Positions 62,605-64,000 of a DNA stretch of 64,000 bases are shown here, in pieces; position 1 is the first letter of the stretch, and each line of letters opens with the position of its first letter. The notes below the pieces were generated by a model. That model searched no databases. It had not been told where the DNA came from and was given only the letters and a program-made list of their open reading frames with translations. A program made the translations under genes and the position numbers. The DNA lies in NCBI GenBank assembly GCA_052246995.1, contig JBQPWD010000002.1, positions 196,323-260,322 of the forward strand, read 5' to 3'. This DNA comes from Candidatus Bathyarchaeota archaeon (GTDB lineage: Archaea; Thermoproteota; Bathyarchaeia; Hecatellales; Hecatellaceae).

Positions 62605-64000
62605 CTACTTGTACACGCAAACTGTTAGTGTGTTGGTGCGTTCAACAGAGTAGAGGAAATCTACATTTTCGTAGGTGTTGCCGTAGGCTCTTACTCTTGG
62701 ACCTGTATTTATTACTGTGCATCCTGTGCTTGTGAACTCTAGTTGTCCTCCAGGGTTCATGCCTGGAGCAATGTAAACGGTAAGCGTTGCACTTTCACCT
62801 GGGGCAAGTTCACCTATATACCAGACAATGTCTGTATCGTAGGATGTAGAGTCTTTAGTTGTACCTTTACCTTTACCTGGGTTTGTGCCTTGTTGCTGGT
62901 CACCTGTGTGCAGAGTAATGTATGCTGTTCCTTGGCTGGCTAGACTGCTTATGTCTAAGCCGTTGCCAATATAACCTCTATATGTGCCTGCGCCGCTTTT
63001 TCTTGGGTCTATGTTAAAGCTTGAACCATCATCCAACGTTAATATGCCAGCGGAGAAGCTTTTTGGTGGTGAACCTAAAGCCATAAGGTTTCCACCCCAT
63101 TTATCCCACATTGTGAAGTTGTGTGGTTGTCCATCATAGTCGTCGCCGAGGAAGTTAAGGCTGTTTTCAAAGTAATATTGGATGGTGAAGTAAACATTTG
63201 GTCCTGATTTAAGCCCATAAACGTTTAGATGTTCTGGATCTACAAGCACAGCACTGAAGCTGGTTCCCGGCAAGACTGTTACATCCGTGAACTGTTTTAG
63301 GATGTATACTGGGGTGACTTCAACTGTTGCTGAAGCGGTTGCAGTGACTGAGCCAAACTGATAGTATCCTATAGCTGTTGCATCGTTTGTATATGTGCCA
63401 GGTGGTAAGCCAGACTCAGTATAGGTGTATGTTTTACTTCCACCTACACCTAGTGATAGCCCTGTTTCAAGAGTTCCGTAGCGGGTGTCTGAAACATCAA
63501 CAGTCAGTAATACGTCTCCAGTATTTGTAACGGTAACTGTCCATGTAACAGTACCAGGAGCAAGTTGAGTTGGAGGTGCACCTGACTTTGTCAAGCTAAT
63601 ACCAGGGTTGAGAACATCAATTGTGTGAGTTGCTGTAGCTGTTGCTTGACCACCTTCCTGGTCAACACCTGTAGCTGTTGCTGTGTTTGTCATGGAGTTT
63701 CCTGTAGCAGTCCAAGTTTTTGTGAATGTTGCAGAACCACTTACAGGTAAACTGTATCCTGTAACAATACTGCCTAAAACGTCGTCAACCAGATTCACTG
63801 TTAAAGCACAGTCTCCAGTGTTAGTTACAACATATGTGAATGTTACAGTGCTTCCAACCTCAGCCTTAGCTGGACCTGACTTTGTCAAGCTAATACCAGG
63901 GTTGAGAACATCAATTGTGTGAGTTGCTGTAGCTGTTGCTTGACCACCTTCCTGGTCAACACCTGTAGCTGTTGCTGTGTTTGTCATGGAGTTTCCTGTA
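62605..64000 (-). CDS. Large surface protein with DUF11-like Ig repeats (5' end beyond window)
   Basis: Repeated ISLTKSG...VT.T..VTNTGD...TN.ATA.G modules; frame open to the window edge. Confidence 0.85.
   Translation of the reverse strand, partial: TGNSMTNTATATGVDQEGGQATATATHTIDVLNPGISLTKSGPAKAEVGSTVTFTYVVTNTGDCALTVNLVDDVLGSIVTGYSLPVSGSATFTKTWTATGNSMTNTATATGVDQEGGQATATATHTIDVLNPGISLTKSGAPPTQLAPGTVTWTVTVTNTGDVLLTVDVSDTRYGTLETGLSLGVGGSKTYTYTESGLPPGTYTNDATAIGYYQFGSVTATASATVEVTPVYILKQFTDVTVLPGTSFSAVLVDPEHLNVYGLKSGPNVYFTIQYYFENSLNFLGDDYDGQPHNFTMWDKWGGNLMALGSPPKSFSAGILTLDDGSSFNIDPRKSGAGTYRGYIGNGLDISSLASQGTAYITLHTGDQQQGTNPGKGKGTTKDSTSYDTDIVWYIGELAPGESATLTVYIAPGMNPGGQLEFTSTGCTVINTGPRVRAYGNTYENVDFLYSVERTNTLTVCVYK
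63580..64000. repeat. Intragenic tandem repeat with a 294-bp period
   Basis: 63580-63706 is identical to 63874-64000 (127 nt, cut by the window edge); the period equals one 98-aa domain. Confidence 0.92.

Overview
AT-rich, gene-dense archaeal chromosomal segment. It is most likely a TACK archaeon, probably Bathyarchaeia-like; this is inferred from protein style and gene content, not from a search. It holds about 55 mostly housekeeping genes: [NiFe]-hydrogenase maturation (hypF-C-[galT-like]-B-A-D, convergent hypE), purT, a fragmented ribosomal region (DUF106-cmk-rpl14e-cbf5; rps12, inverted rps7, EF-1alpha, rps10), cobO plus methylmalonyl-CoA mutase and epimerase, trpY/trpB2, a family-B DNA polymerase, pelota-S2P-ncsA-GTPBP-psmA-SBDS-exosome-rpl37ae, aspS, thyA, alba, sucCD, rpl40e, ilvH-ilvC-leuC/leuD, and two surface proteins at the right end. 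Features the ORF track misses: a 21-nt bulge-helix-bulge mRNA intron splitting the catalytic Asp codon of cbf5, an intron-containing tRNA-Ser(GGA), a C/D-box guide RNA, phased TRP boxes around a shared TATA box, a CTG-start AbrB-like gene, rpl40e, and a homopolymer frameshift in an HD gene. The most unusual protein-level signal is a PolB with intact polymerase motifs but all three proofreading motifs degenerate. No CRISPR array, rRNA, transposase or integrase was seen.
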